Shown: piece after piece, positions 20,000 through 30,612 of the stretch
Layout: each line of letters starts with the position of its first letter
Numbering within the stretch: the first letter of the stretch is position 1
From: an uncultured Verrucomicrobiae bacterium
GTDB taxonomy: Bacteria > Verrucomicrobiota > Verrucomicrobiia > Limisphaerales > JAFGQR01
Length of the DNA: 54,665 bases
Reading direction: 5' to 3'
NCBI GenBank assembly: GCA_963788655.1
Contig: CAWBHS010000035.1
Location: 1 to 54,665, forward strand
Notes under the pieces: model-generated
Told to the model about the DNA's origin: nothing
The model's input: the letters and a program-made list of their open reading frames with translations, nothing else
The model's database searches: none
Program-made: the position numbers and the translations under genes

Positions 20000-21575
20000 A
20001 TGAAAACCCTTTCGAAACTTGTCGGAGGTGCGACCAGCCTCAGTGTCGCCTTGTTGTCTGCCGCCAGCCTCCCTCTTCGCGCCGCGCCGGCGGTCTTCAA
20101 TAGCAGCGCCGATGGCAATTGGCGCGGGCTGCCGCTCCCCAGTGCCCTGGACCGCGTCGGGCGGCGCTGCCGATCATGAATTTCCGGTCGCTGGGGACAC
20201 CGCCAACATCCTGGGCAACGAAATCAGTTTGAGCCAGGATGAGTCGGTGGCCGAACTGAATTTCAGCGGCGACATTCTCCATCTGGACGGTCACGTACTG
20301 CGGGTGACCAGTGCGGGCAGTTGGACCAGTGGGGTGATCCTCGGCGGAGGGACATTCTCGGCGGAGGACGGCATTTTCGGTATATCACCAAGCGGCGTGA
20401 TCCGGCTTGAAGCAACGATTGCGAACCAGGGCCGGTTGGTGTTCAACTGTTCCACCAACTTGCTTTTCGACGCCGGCGCAGAGTTGACCAACGCCCCGGG
20501 CGGCGTCATCGAACTCCAGGGCAATAGCAGTCTGGTCAATGGCGCGGGCAGTGGTTCGCCGCCTGTGGTGGTCAACGCCGGCCAATTCCTTAAAACCGGT
20601 GGTGGCACCGCGTTTCTTGATAGCGCCGTGGTATTGGACAACCGCGACACGATGGATGTCCAATCCGGACTGCTGCAAGTGCGCGGCAGCGTGGTGCAAC
20701 TAGTCAATGGGAACCTTTCCGCCGGCACCTGGATTGTGCGCACCAACGCGACGTTGGAATGGTCCGGTGGCTCGATCACCACCAACCACGCCACCGTCAT
20801 CCTGGACGGCTCCGGCGCCTCGTTTTCCGCCCTGGGACTTTCCCGGAACGCTGGCGCGTGGCAGGTGCGCAACGGTGCCAGTTGGACGACTACCGGTTTC
20901 CTGGACAATTCCGGCAGTCTTCGCGTTGGCACCGGCAGTAGTGTGAGCGCACGCGGTGACATTACCCAAACCGCCAGCGGTGAACTTAGTGGGGATGGCG
21001 CCGTGAACGCAGTCCTGGACAATTCCGGATTGGTTCGTCCCGGCGATCCGCTCGGAACCTTGTTCGTGAACGGTAATCTGCGCCTCGGCGCCAGCAGCCG
21101 GATCGAACTCGAACTCGGCGGCACCAATCAACCCAACGCGTACGACCAATTACAGACCACGGGTGACGTTCAGTTCGACGGCACCTTGGACGTGGTCCTG
21201 GTTACTAGTTTTGCACCGCAGGCGGGCGACCGGTTTCGTATTATGCCGTATTCGTCGCACAGCGGAACGTTCTCGGTCATGCACCTGCCGGAATTGGCAG
21301 GCGACTTGGTTCTGATTCCTCTTTACGAAAGCGACGGACTGGTCCTGTTGACCGTGCCCCGCGCCATCAACCTCCTGAGGCCGCAAATGGTTGATGGCGT
21401 TTTCAGTATTTTCTTCACCACCGTGCCCGGCATCGAATTCGTCGTCGAAGTGACCGAGTCGCTCAATCCGCCCTATTGGGAGATCCTGGATACCTTTTCC
21501 GGCGATGGCAACGAACAAACCGTTAACGATTTTGGTGATTTCCCTCAGCGTTATTACCGGCTGCGGCTGCAATAG
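20000..21575 (+). CDS. Secreted beta-helix (autotransporter-passenger-like) protein with C-terminal ...RYYR domain; frameshift near 20130
   Basis: Signal peptide MKTLSKLVGG..LRA. Gly/Asn-rich repeats, VRPGDPLGTL..YDQL..GTLDV, and no beta-barrel. Confidence 0.7.
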
Positions 21576-21702
21576 CGCGCCCGGAAAAGGAAGCCAGCCT
21601 TGTTTGGCTCGAAGTTATTGGCTATTGGGGAGTTCTCGTGAACACCGTCGCAGAGATTCACATCACCGATTATCCGGTCGCTCCCTGCCCTTACGCTAAT
21701 TG

Positions 21703-23502
21703 CTACTGCGAAACGACACGGTAAAACCGTGCTCTGGCTGCAAGCGTGTCGTGATCTTCAAAATTGAAGTTGCCGGCTTCCGCTTCGGGAGAGGCATTTC
21801 CAATCTCGCGCCAATCCGACAGGTCGGTTGAGGCTTCGATCGCGTAGGTTTTGGTTTCGTCCGCGGAAAATTCCAGGCGCGGAATGCCCTCTTCAAATCT
21901 GACTGTCAAATCGGTTATGGGTGTGGCTAAATGGCCGTACAAATCCGGGATGCGATGGCAGCGATACGTCCAGCAACCCAGATAGTTGGAGTTAGTATTC
22001 GCATAATCGAAGAAGGCGAGATCGAACACAACCTCTGGATTTGGTTCATGAGTTACCTCCTTGATTCGGATCATTGAGGCGTTGGTTGAGAACGGACTGG
22101 GACGAACCCCATTGATGTACCAAATGAAACCGAAATTGATAAGCACGTTACCGGTCTGTGGCAGCCAGTCGGCGTTTCCAACTTGCCCGGTGAAGATCGG
22201 TTCGGCAATGCTGCTCCCGTATTCCCACACCTGCGAGACGGTCATATTCGTTTCGTCGATGTCATATTCCACCGCGCGAGTGTAATTGTCCTCATCAGGC
22301 ACGAACGGGTCAAAGGGACTCGCCCGGAAATTGCCGTTGTCGTAAACCAGCAAAGTTCCCTGCGGCGTGATGATGGGAGCATGTTGCCCGTATTGCCACG
22401 CGAAGGGCGTCCCTACTGGGGTCAGCAAGTATTGTTGAAATTCCGGTCCCCAGTTCTCATGCGGGCCCAGAATCCATTTGATTTGGCCGGTATCTCGGAA
22501 AAACTTGATAACGGCGTTTTGTTGCCGCATCGAAACAATCAGTGTGTCGTCACGCGGATCCTCGATGAGGGCATTGGCATGCTCGATGTCCCAACCCAGG
22601 TTCCAGTTGCGGATCTGAAACGTTAAGTACGTGAGCCGGCGGGGATCCAACACATCAATCGGCGACCAAGTATTGAGCAGCTTGCTGTCAGTGGCGGAGA
22701 TTTCGACGACTTTGTTGTAAAGGACATTGGTCGTCTGCAGCGGCGCGTCTGGGTCCGTGGCGCTCGTTGGGAAATCGGACACCACCTTGCTCGCATCATT
22801 TAAGTAGAGGATGGTGCCGTGGGGAGTGGGAACGCCATCATGAAGGTTGATGTTCAATCCGGAGGGGACATTCCAGGTTCGGACCGTGTTTCCCAGCATA
22901 TTGATTTCAACAAAGCTCCTTGTCAGCGGGATGAAGAGGTCACCGTTTTCAAGCTGGCGCACGTCGGAGGTTGACGTGACGCGGCTGTACCAGACGACCT
23001 CGCCAGCATTGTCCACCACCGTTAAATAGGCGCGGTAAGTATTCCGATTTACGATTCTCAGCAAGGTGTAACCGGGCTCCATTTTTGCCGGTTGATTGGT
23101 GATTAACAAGCTCGGAGGAAAATCGCTTGGCAACGGATCGGTGATGAACTCCAGAGGGTCGGCTGCGGTGACGGCGTTCCGAAATTTGTCATGCACCGTC
23201 ACTGCAATCAGGTTGGTCCGGTCGGATTTGAATCCCAGCAAGGGAATGGAATGGTTCGTAGCGTAATCATAGAAATTTCGCTGCCAAGTGTTGGTCCCAT
23301 CACTCACCGACACGCTGACCCGCGAGGGATCGTCCGTCGTTAATGTCAAGACCCCCGCCAATGGCGCGTTCGCGGCCGTGGCGACCGACGGGCCGGTGAG
23401 GATTGTCAACGCCTGCAAATTGATGGTGACATTCAGGCTTAAGGCAGTCGCAACAACAATCGTCAGCCGGCGAGTAAACAACAGTGGAAACATTGGCAAC
23501 AT
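21703..23502 (-). CDS. Arylsulfotransferase (ASST) family secreted protein with N-terminal Ig-like and C-terminal ...RFYR domain
   Basis: NAPLAGVL, HD, DIEHANAL, SMRQQN, WILG, YGQHAP, VYDNGN. Confidence 0.88.
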   Translation of the reverse strand: MLPMFPLLFTRRLTIVVATALSLNVTINLQALTILTGPSVATAANAPLAGVLTLTTDDPSRVSVSVSDGTNTWQRNFYDYATNHSIPLLGFKSDRTNLIAVTVHDKFRNAVTAADPLEFITDPLPSDFPPSLLITNQPAKMEPGYTLLRIVNRNTYRAYLTVVDNAGEVVWYSRVTSTSDVRQLENGDLFIPLTRSFVEINMLGNTVRTWNVPSGLNINLHDGVPTPHGTILYLNDASKVVSDFPTSATDPDAPLQTTNVLYNKVVEISATDSKLLNTWSPIDVLDPRRLTYLTFQIRNWNLGWDIEHANALIEDPRDDTLIVSMRQQNAVIKFFRDTGQIKWILGPHENWGPEFQQYLLTPVGTPFAWQYGQHAPIITPQGTLLVYDNGNFRASPFDPFVPDEDNYTRAVEYDIDETNMTVSQVWEYGSSIAEPIFTGQVGNADWLPQTGNVLINFGFIWYINGVRPSPFSTNASMIRIKEVTHEPNPEVVFDLAFFDYANTNSNYLGCWTYRCHRIPDLYGHLATPITDLTVRFEEGIPRLEFSADETKTYAIEASTDLSDWREIGNASPEAEAGNFNFEDHDTLAARARFYRVVSQ

Positions 23503-23779
23503 AGACTAGGTGATTCTGCTGTTGGTTACAACCGAAAGCAAGCTTTTTGTTTGATTACGGATGATCGATCACGGCTCAGAGCAAAATATCGAATACTCAA
23601 TAACCAAGCGCCAGAGAAGGTCCAACTTCCAAGCCTCAACCGAACTGCGAACCGTCGGCCCTTACTGGTCATTGGCGATTGGGCCTTCTCTGGGCTTTGT
23701 GCATTGGCTATTGGTCATAGATTGACCAAACTGCTGGCAGCACGTTGGAGCAGCTCCTGAAAAAATGCCAAATTCCCGC

Positions 23780-23809
23780 TTGCGTCCCCCTTGCCTTTGC
23801 CCCTATATT
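23780..23809 (+). promoter_or_regulatory. Probable sigma70 promoter of the rpmI operon (TTGCGT-18-TATATT)
   Basis: Hexamers at 23780-85 and 23804-09, 33 nt before the rpmI ATG. Confidence 0.5.
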
Positions 23810-23842
23810 TCGCGCTCTTTTTAAGAGAAAGCTGATTAAATT

Positions 23843-24052
23843 ATGCGTCGCCCAAAAGGTGTAAGAACAAAGAAGTCAGTGGCCAAGCGGTTTAAGATCA
23901 CCGCGACCGGCAAAGTGATGCGGGCTCATGCCGGCAAGCGCCATCTGCTGCAGGGCAAAAGCCCGAAGCGCCGCCGCAATCTGGGATCGATGGCCGTGGT
24001 CAATGCTTCGGACGAATACAAGATCAAGCAGTGTTTGCTGTTTGACCACTAA
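23843..24052 (+). CDS. rpmI: 50S ribosomal protein L35
   Basis: RTKKSVAKRFKITATGKV..KRHLL..KSPKRRR. Confidence 0.97.
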   Translation: MRRPKGVRTKKSVAKRFKITATGKVMRAHAGKRHLLQGKSPKRRRNLGSMAVVNASDEYKIKQCLLFDH

Positions 24053-24093
24053 ATGAATTTGACGATTACCTGAATATTGAATTGTAGAGTACC

Positions 24094-24465
24094 ATGCGAG
24101 TAACCAACGCTCCTGCCTCCCGAAAACGGCGCAAACGAATGCTCCTGGCCGCCAAAGGCTACCGGTTTCGCCGTTCTAAACTGTATCGTTACGCCTCCGA
24201 CGCCGTCGATCATGGCCGGCAATACGCCTATCGCGACCGCCGCAACAAGAAGCGCACGTTCCGCGCCTTGTGGCAAATCCGCATCAATGCGGCGGCCCGC
24301 TTGGCTGGTATCACTTACAGCCGGTTTATTGAAGGCTTGAAGGCCGCCCAAGTTGGGCTGGACCGGAAGGTTCTCGCCGACATTGCCGCCACCGACAACG
24401 CCGCTTTTGCCGAGTTGGTCAAGGTCGCCCAGAACGCGCTCAAGACCAAGACTGCGAAGGCCTGA
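24094..24465 (+). CDS. rplT: 50S ribosomal protein L20
   Basis: [40 protein letters not shown]. Confidence 0.98.
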   Translation: MRVTNAPASRKRRKRMLLAAKGYRFRRSKLYRYASDAVDHGRQYAYRDRRNKKRTFRALWQIRINAAARLAGITYSRFIEGLKAAQVGLDRKVLADIAATDNAAFAELVKVAQNALKTKTAKA

Positions 24466-24486
24466 TTGGATCGAAGCAATTTTGCG

Positions 24487-24525
24487 AGCGGGCGACCCGG
24501 CAACGGACGCCCGCTTTGTTTTTTT
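24487..24525 (+). terminator. Intrinsic terminator after rplT
   Basis: AGCGGGCG / CGCCCGCT stem followed by a T-rich tail. Confidence 0.7.
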
Positions 24526-24619
24526 GAAGATGCCCCGGTAACGGGCGGGAAACCAAAGCAGATGTGAGTGGATTGGGTATGGTGAAAGCAGCCTTCCGGC
24601 AAACCATGGGAACCAGTTT

Positions 24620-25630
24620 ATGGCCGACTTCTTGAGTCAAATTGAACCGTTGAAACAAGCCGCGATCGCGGACCTCCACGCGGCCCCGGACTTGGCCGCG
24701 CTGGACCAGGCCAAGGGCAAATGGATCGGCGCGCAGGGACAGTTCACCGCGCTCATGAAACAACTGGGCACGCTGCCCAAGGAAGAAAAGCCCGCTGCCG
24801 GCAAAGCCATCAATCAAGCGAAGGTTGAACTGGAAGCCGCGCTGGCGACACGAAAGGGCGAACTCGAACTCCAAGCCGCCCTGCCCAAAGAGCCCACGGA
24901 TTTCACGCTGCCGGGCCGCCGCCGAGTCGTGGGCAAACTGCATCCCCTCACGCAGGTCGACCGAAGACATCGTCCGCAGCTTCCGCAAGATCGGCTTCGT
25001 CGTCGCAGACGGCCCCGAGATCGAGGACGACTACCACTGCTTCGACGCGCTGAACACGCCGGCGGACCATCCGGCGCGCGACACGCAGGACACGTTTTAC
25101 CTGGAGTTTCCCGACAAGGCTACTTGCTCCGCACGCACACTTCGTCCGTGCAGATCCGCGTGATGGAAAAGCAACCGCCGCCCGTGCGCATCATCGTGCC
25201 GGGCCGGGTTTATCGCCGCGACAACGCCGACGCCACGCACAACCCGACCTTCCACCAGATCGAAGGACTCTACGTGGACCGGGGCGTCACCGTGGGCGAC
25301 CTCAAGGGCACCGTCGAGTTCGTGTTCAAAGAAGTGATGGGCAGCGACGTGAAGATCCGTTTCCGTCCGCACTATTTCAGCTACACCGAGCCGAGCTTCG
25401 AAATTGATTTCACCAGTTCGCTCATGCGGAAGATGGGCAAGGAATGGCTCGAAATCGCCGGCTGCGGCATGGTGCATCCGCAAGTGTTCGAAAACGTCGG
25501 CTACGATCCCGAGGTCTGGACCGGCTGGGCGTTCGGCTTCGGCATCGAACGCATCGCCATGATCCGCTACGGCATCAACGACATCCGGCTGTTCTACGAA
25601 AACGACGTGCGGTTCCTGCGGCAGTTCTAA
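24620..25630 (+). CDS. pheS: Phenylalanine-tRNA ligase alpha subunit (compensating frameshifts ~24958 and ~25118)
   Basis: [16 protein letters not shown] (alternate frame), [37 protein letters not shown]. Confidence 0.96.
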   Translation: MADFLSQIEPLKQAAIADLHAAPDLAALDQAKGKWIGAQGQFTALMKQLGTLPKEEKPAAGKAINQAKVELEAALATRKGELELQAALPKEPTDFTLPGRRRVVGKLHPLTQVDRRHRPQLPQDRLRRRRRPRDRGRLPLLRRAEHAGGPSGARHAGHVLPGVSRQGYLLRTHTSSVQIRVMEKQPPPVRIIVPGRVYRRDNADATHNPTFHQIEGLYVDRGVTVGDLKGTVEFVFKEVMGSDVKIRFRPHYFSYTEPSFEIDFTSSLMRKMGKEWLEIAGCGMVHPQVFENVGYDPEVWTGWAFGFGIERIAMIRYGINDIRLFYENDVRFLRQF

Positions 25631-25643
25631 GCGGCCATTTCCC

Positions 25644-28116
25644 ATGAAAGTCACCCTTAACTGGCTCAAACAATACGTCGATTTCGATTGGTCGCCCGAG
25701 GAACTGGCCGAGCGCCTGACCATGCTCGGCCTCGAAGTCGAAGGCGTGGAAAAGCTCGGCGGCGAATTCGACGGCATCGTCGTCGCGCAGGTCATCACCC
25801 GCGACAAACATCCGAACGCGGACAAGCTTTCCGTCTGCCGCGTCAATGACGGCAAGGGCGAACGGCAGATCGTTTGCGGCGCGCAGAATTTCAAGGCCGG
25901 CGACAAAGTGCCGCTGATTCTGCCCGGCGCGACCCTGCCCGCCCAGCCGGGCGAAAAGCCCTTCACCATCAAGGTGGGCAAGATGCGCGGCGTGGAATCG
26001 CACGGCATGATGTGTTCGCCGCAGGAACTCGGCTTGGCTCGCCGAGGCCGAGGGATTGATGATTCTCCCGGAAGACGCCGAGGTCGGGCCAACCCTTTGC
26101 CGAATACCTGGGGCGTACCGGCACGGACGTCGTCTATGATCTGGAAATCACCCCCAACCGTCCCGACCTCAACAGCGTCGTTCGGCATCGCGCGCGAAAT
26201 CTGCGGCGTTGACCGGCAATCCGCTGAAGCTGCCACACGTCGAGTTTGCGTCCGAAGCCCGCGATACCCAAACGGCCGCCGAATTGGTGGCTGTGCGCAT
26301 CGACGATGCGGAGCTGTGCCCGCGATACACCGCCCGCGTTGTGCGCGGCGTCAAAATTGGTCCCAGTCCGGACTGGCTGCGCTCGATGCTCGAAAAGGTG
26401 GGCATCCGCAGCATCAACAACGTCGTGGACGTGACCAATTACGTGATGCTGGAAATCGGCCAGCCGCTGCACGCGTTTGATTACCATTTGATTGCCCGCG
26501 GGGCCGGATGGCAAGCCCGACCATTGTCATTCGTCGGGCGCAGGCCGGCGAGAAGTTCATCACCCTGGACGGACAGGAACACACGCTGACGAATGAAATG
26601 CTTTTGATCGCTGACGAGCAGAAAGGCATCGCGCTGGCCGGCGTGATGGGCGGCCAAAATACCGAGATCAACGATCAGACGGTGGACGTGCTGATCGAAA
26701 GCGCCTATTTCAATCCGTCAGAACATCCGGCGCACGTCCAAACAACTGGGCTTGCGCACGGATGCCAGCTACCGATTTGAACGCGGGGCGGACATTGGCA
26801 TTTCCGATTGGGCCAATGCTCGCTGCGCCCAGCTCATTCTCGAAACCGCTGGCGGCCGATTGGCGGAGGGGATTGTTGATGCGTTTCCGCTGCCGCCGCA
26901 GCCACGGGAGATTGTGTTGCGGCATCCACAGACCAACGCGTTGCTGGGCATCGAGATTCCGAACGACAAACAAATCGATATTCTCCAGCACCTTGGTCTG
27001 GAGGTCCTCACGGCTCCCGGCATTGCGCCGACCACCGGCATCCGTTCGCCGCACGTGACCTTGTTTCGCGTGCCGACGTTCCGGGTGGATCTAAAGCGGG
27101 AAACTGATTTGATCGAGGAAGTCGAGCGCCTCTACGGTCTGGAGAAGGTGCCGTCCACGCCGCCGCGAGGCGCCATTGGTTCGCATCCGTTTGACGCGGT
27201 CCACGATCTGATTGCCCAGGCGCGTGGCGTCCTGGCGGGATTGGGCTTGAATGAGGCGCAAGGCCAGACGTTGATTTCCGACCAGGCGGCAAAGTTGTGG
27301 AGTGCGCAGCCGCCGGTGCTGCTGGCCAATCCCCTCAGCAGTGACATGAATGCGCTCCGATCCAGCCTGCTGCCCGGTTTGCTGGATACGTTGCGTCACA
27401 ACTTAAGCCACAAGCAATACGAGGTGGCCCTGTTCGAATTGGGGCGGGTGTTCTCGCAGACCGACGGCAAGCTGCGCGAAGAACGCCGCTTGGCCATCGC
27501 CTTGACCGGGCAGCGGAATTCACTCTTCTGGGCCGGCCCGGAACGCGAGGCAAAATTCGACGTGTTTGATCTGAAGGGTTTGCTGGAGGAGTTCTTCGAG
27601 CATTTCGGCCTCCGCGGCGTGAGCCTGGTAAAACGCCAGGGCGACTCGGCGACATACCTTGAATCCGCGGCGATTAATATGGGCAAGTTGGCGTTGGGGG
27701 TGATTGGGCAACTGACTCCCGCGCTGGCCAAACATTACGACCTGCGGGACGCGGTGTTTCTGGCCGAATTGAACTTCGACTTACTGCTCTCCAAACGCAC
27801 TGCCGCCCGGTCATTCAAAACGTTGCCGGCTTTTCCGGCGATCCGACGCGACGTGGCAATGATCCTGCCCGAAGCGGCAACGCACGACGCGGTGCTGGGG
27901 GTCGTCCGGAAGGTCAAACCGCTGAACCTGGAGTCGGTGGAACTGTTCGATGTGTTTCGCGGCAAGAACGTGCCAGCCGGTCAAAAGAGCATGGCTTACG
28001 CGTTTACGTACCGTCACACCGAACGCACGCTGACTGATGCGGAAGTCAATGCCACGCACGAGCAACTTGTCGCCCAATTGAAACAGACCTTGAACGCTGT
28101 GATCCGCGAGGCTTAG
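25644..28116 (+). CDS. pheT: Phenylalanine-tRNA ligase beta subunit (several frameshifts 26040-26720)
   Basis: [46 protein letters not shown], and an FDX-ACB domain (RTLTDAEV). Confidence 0.95.
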
Positions 28117-28133
28117 TCCGGACACTGGCCATC

Positions 28134-28201
28134 GCCGCCAACGTGAGGAGGCGGAGCCGATGCCCCCTGACGTAGCTCCGCTTGCTCACGGCGGCGGCTA
28201 C
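28134..28201. repeat. REPIN, GTAGCCGCCGACGT family
   Basis: Inverted arms GCCGCCAACGTGAGGAGGCGGAGC / GCTCCGCTTGCTCACGGCGGCGGCTAC; related copies at 43953 and 45842. Confidence 0.7.
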
Positions 28202-28282
28202 ACGGTTTCGGCCATTCAATACGTGGGGTGAAATTTCTGAGCTGGAACCATCCAAAAACGTTTTCGAGGATTATGTTCTCTT

Positions 28283-28478
28283 AGCCGTGACTATTCAGTA
28301 GGACAGGCGTCTCGCCTGTCTCGAACGACTGCCAACCATCGATTTGCACCGCGGCGTAGGAAGTCTCTCCAGGTCACTCCAAGGTGAGGATGTGCTTGGC
28401 TATTCGAGACAGGCGAGACGCCTGTCCTACCGCGCCGAATCGTGTCATCGCTGCTCCAGCTACTGAATGGATACGGCT
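28283..28478. mobile_element. ~195-bp MITE-like element, copy 1, containing a GTAGGACAGG REP pair
   Basis: Termini AGCCGTGACTATTCAGTAG / CTACTGAATGGATACGGCT form imperfect IRs; a colinear copy lies at 51689-51881. Confidence 0.75.
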
Positions 28479-28689
28479 TAGACTGTTGGTGATGTTTGCC
28501 CCGCGTCGGCAGGCCGGATCGCCTGACCTGGCCGGCCGGCTTTCCTGAATAAAATATCGCGAGCCATACAAATTGTCTCCCGCTGCACCCCTTCACCTCT
28601 TCAACGTTTCAACCCTTCAACCTTGCGAAATTGAACCCAAAAATGCTTTGCCATTGAGTGGAAGCGTGCCAAACTTTGACAGGTCCACA

Positions 28690-29517
28690 ATGACACCAAC
28701 TTTTGTCATGCCAGGTGTGATGGTTGCAATCGCAGGAACCCTGTCCTCCGGCCAGGGCTCGGGATCGTTGACCGTGCTCTTTGCGTTGCTGTTGGGATTG
28801 GCTTTGGGTTTGGGGGTGGCTTCGTTGATCTTCTCCGTCTATTTCCTGCGCCAGAATCGTACGGTGCGCCGCCGGATTCTGCGGCCGCCGGTGCATTGGT
28901 CGCGGCAACGCTCGTGGCGCCCGCCGACCGTGGGCGGCCCTTGCCAATGGCTGGCCATTCGCGACAGTCATCCACACTTGGTGCAAGCGGCATTGCGGCT
29001 GCACGATCCCACTCCCTGTTCCTGGGAAGAGGGCTTGAGCGCCGCTCACGAGCACAAAATGTTCATCGCGCCGCCGGTGGGTGGTTGGACGCTGGTCATG
29101 GGGGCCAGCCTGCCCGAGCCGGCGGATGACGTGGACGCTTGTTTCCATTTCCTGTGCCAGTTGAGCACCAAGTTGGGACACATCCAGTTCTTCAGTTTCA
29201 ACCGGTCGCTACAACACCATGCCTGGGCGCGGTTGGAACATGGTCGGGTTGGCCGAGCTTATGCCTGGGCGGGGAAAACACTTTGGAACCAGGGTTGCCT
29301 GACCGAAGCCGAACGCGAGTTGGGATTTCAATGCTATGAGTACGGCGAACATCCTGGTCGCATCGCCAACGGCAAATCCAATCCCCTGGCCGTCAATACC
29401 GAGCGATTGTCGCTCCTGGCCGCGCGCTGGAGTGTAAACCCGGCTACCATTGACCTGCGTTTCGTGAAGCAAGGACAGGGGATCGCCGGGCGCCTATCTT
29501 CGACCCAATTCCGTTAA
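28690..29517 (+). CDS. Hypothetical membrane-anchored protein
   Basis: N-terminal TM helix and a Trp-rich globular domain (WLAIR..FIAPPVGGW..HAWAR..RAYAWAG). Confidence 0.7.
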   Translation: MTPTFVMPGVMVAIAGTLSSGQGSGSLTVLFALLLGLALGLGVASLIFSVYFLRQNRTVRRRILRPPVHWSRQRSWRPPTVGGPCQWLAIRDSHPHLVQAALRLHDPTPCSWEEGLSAAHEHKMFIAPPVGGWTLVMGASLPEPADDVDACFHFLCQLSTKLGHIQFFSFNRSLQHHAWARLEHGRVGRAYAWAGKTLWNQGCLTEAERELGFQCYEYGEHPGRIANGKSNPLAVNTERLSLLAARWSVNPATIDLRFVKQGQGIAGRLSSTQFR

Positions 29518-29569
29518 CCGGTGTGAACCGCAGACCATCAACCGAGCCTAACCCACTCTAAAAAAACTT

Positions 29570-30151
29570 ATGTCGCTGGACGTTTCATTGGAACAATTCC
29601 CGAAGGAGATCGAACTCAAAACCAAGCTGAAGTGCGCGCTGCGTCCGCTGGAGGCCAACGATGAACTGGCGTTTCACGAGTTCTTTCTGGCGGTGCCGCT
29701 CAAGGAACGGCTGTTCATCAAGCACCGGGTTACGGAACCGGAAGTCATCCACGAGTGGTGTCAGAACATTGACCTGGGACACAAGCTGCCCCTGCTGGCT
29801 CTGAGCGAAGGCCGGATCATCGGCGACGCCACGTTGCACCAGCAACTAGGCGGTTGGAAACGCCACGTCGGCCGCACCAGTGTGATGATCCACCCGCAGT
29901 ACCGCGGGCAGGGTTTGGCCACCGCGCTGCTGTCGGAACTCATCGACGTTGCCCGCCACCGCGGCCTCGAAAAGGTCGAGGCGGAATTCATCGGCGAACA
30001 GGAACACGCGATGAAGGTCTTCGGGCTGCTGGGTTTCACCGAACTGTTACGGCTGCCGGAATACGTTAAAGACATGGAGGGCGGATTGCATGATTACATC
30101 CTGATGGGGCTGATGCTCAAGACCGACGAAGAATACGCCGGCATGGGCTGA
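29570..30151 (+). CDS. GNAT family N-acetyltransferase
   Basis: IHPQYRGQGLAT acetyl-CoA binding motif. Confidence 0.88.
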   Translation: MSLDVSLEQFPKEIELKTKLKCALRPLEANDELAFHEFFLAVPLKERLFIKHRVTEPEVIHEWCQNIDLGHKLPLLALSEGRIIGDATLHQQLGGWKRHVGRTSVMIHPQYRGQGLATALLSELIDVARHRGLEKVEAEFIGEQEHAMKVFGLLGFTELLRLPEYVKDMEGGLHDYILMGLMLKTDEEYAGMG

Positions 30152-30248
30152 GGCGGCCAAGTGGTTGAAAGGTTGAAGGGCTCAAGCGGTGAAGCGATAA
30201 GAATTTGCGAGGCGTGAGAGACTCTTGCAAAACGGTCGCAACGTGGTG

Positions 30249-30557
30249 ATGGCCCGCAACCCCATTCACGGTCAGCGACATTTCGAGCCTCCGGAGATTT
30301 GTCCGGCGTGCGGGGCAGAGGTGCCGCGGGAGGCCCGGGCGTGTCCGGTTTGCGGCGCGGATGAGCACACCGGTTGGTCGGATCGGGCCGACGCCCAACG
30401 ACTGGGCATTCCGGATGGCGAATTCGACTACGACGAGTTCCTGGAGAATGAATTTGGCGAAGGGCAGGAGCATCCGTTGCGGGCCCGCGGCATAAGCTGG
30501 CTCTGGTGGGTGGTGGCGTTGCTGGTGGCGGCCGCGTTTCTAGCGATGTATTGGTGA
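30249..30557 (+). CDS. Double zinc-ribbon protein with C-terminal TM helix
   Basis: CPACG..CPVCG, an acidic linker and a hydrophobic C-terminus. Confidence 0.75.
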   Translation: MARNPIHGQRHFEPPEICPACGAEVPREARACPVCGADEHTGWSDRADAQRLGIPDGEFDYDEFLENEFGEGQEHPLRARGISWLWWVVALLVAAAFLAMYW

Positions 30558-30612
30558 TTTTGGTCTGAGCAATGCGGAGGCTTCCCGTGACGGTCAGGTT
30601 TGGCTTTGGCTT

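Noticed and set aside
23843..24465. Absence of infC before rpmI-rplT as a novelty
   Set aside because: Separation of infC from rpmI-rplT occurs in various lineages, and a plausible dedicated promoter is present.
24466..24619. Phe attenuator (pheM) or T-box upstream of pheS
   Set aside because: No Phe-rich leader peptide or T-box consensus was seen; only a terminator-like hairpin is present.
24620..28116. Frameshifts in pheS and pheT as programmed frameshifting or pseudogenisation
   Set aside because: Both genes are essential, and similar single-base indels occur in many unrelated genes (yihY, cbpA, trkH, GH78, DUF2127) without consistent slippery sites. Sequencing or assembly error is the simplest explanation; read polishing would confirm.
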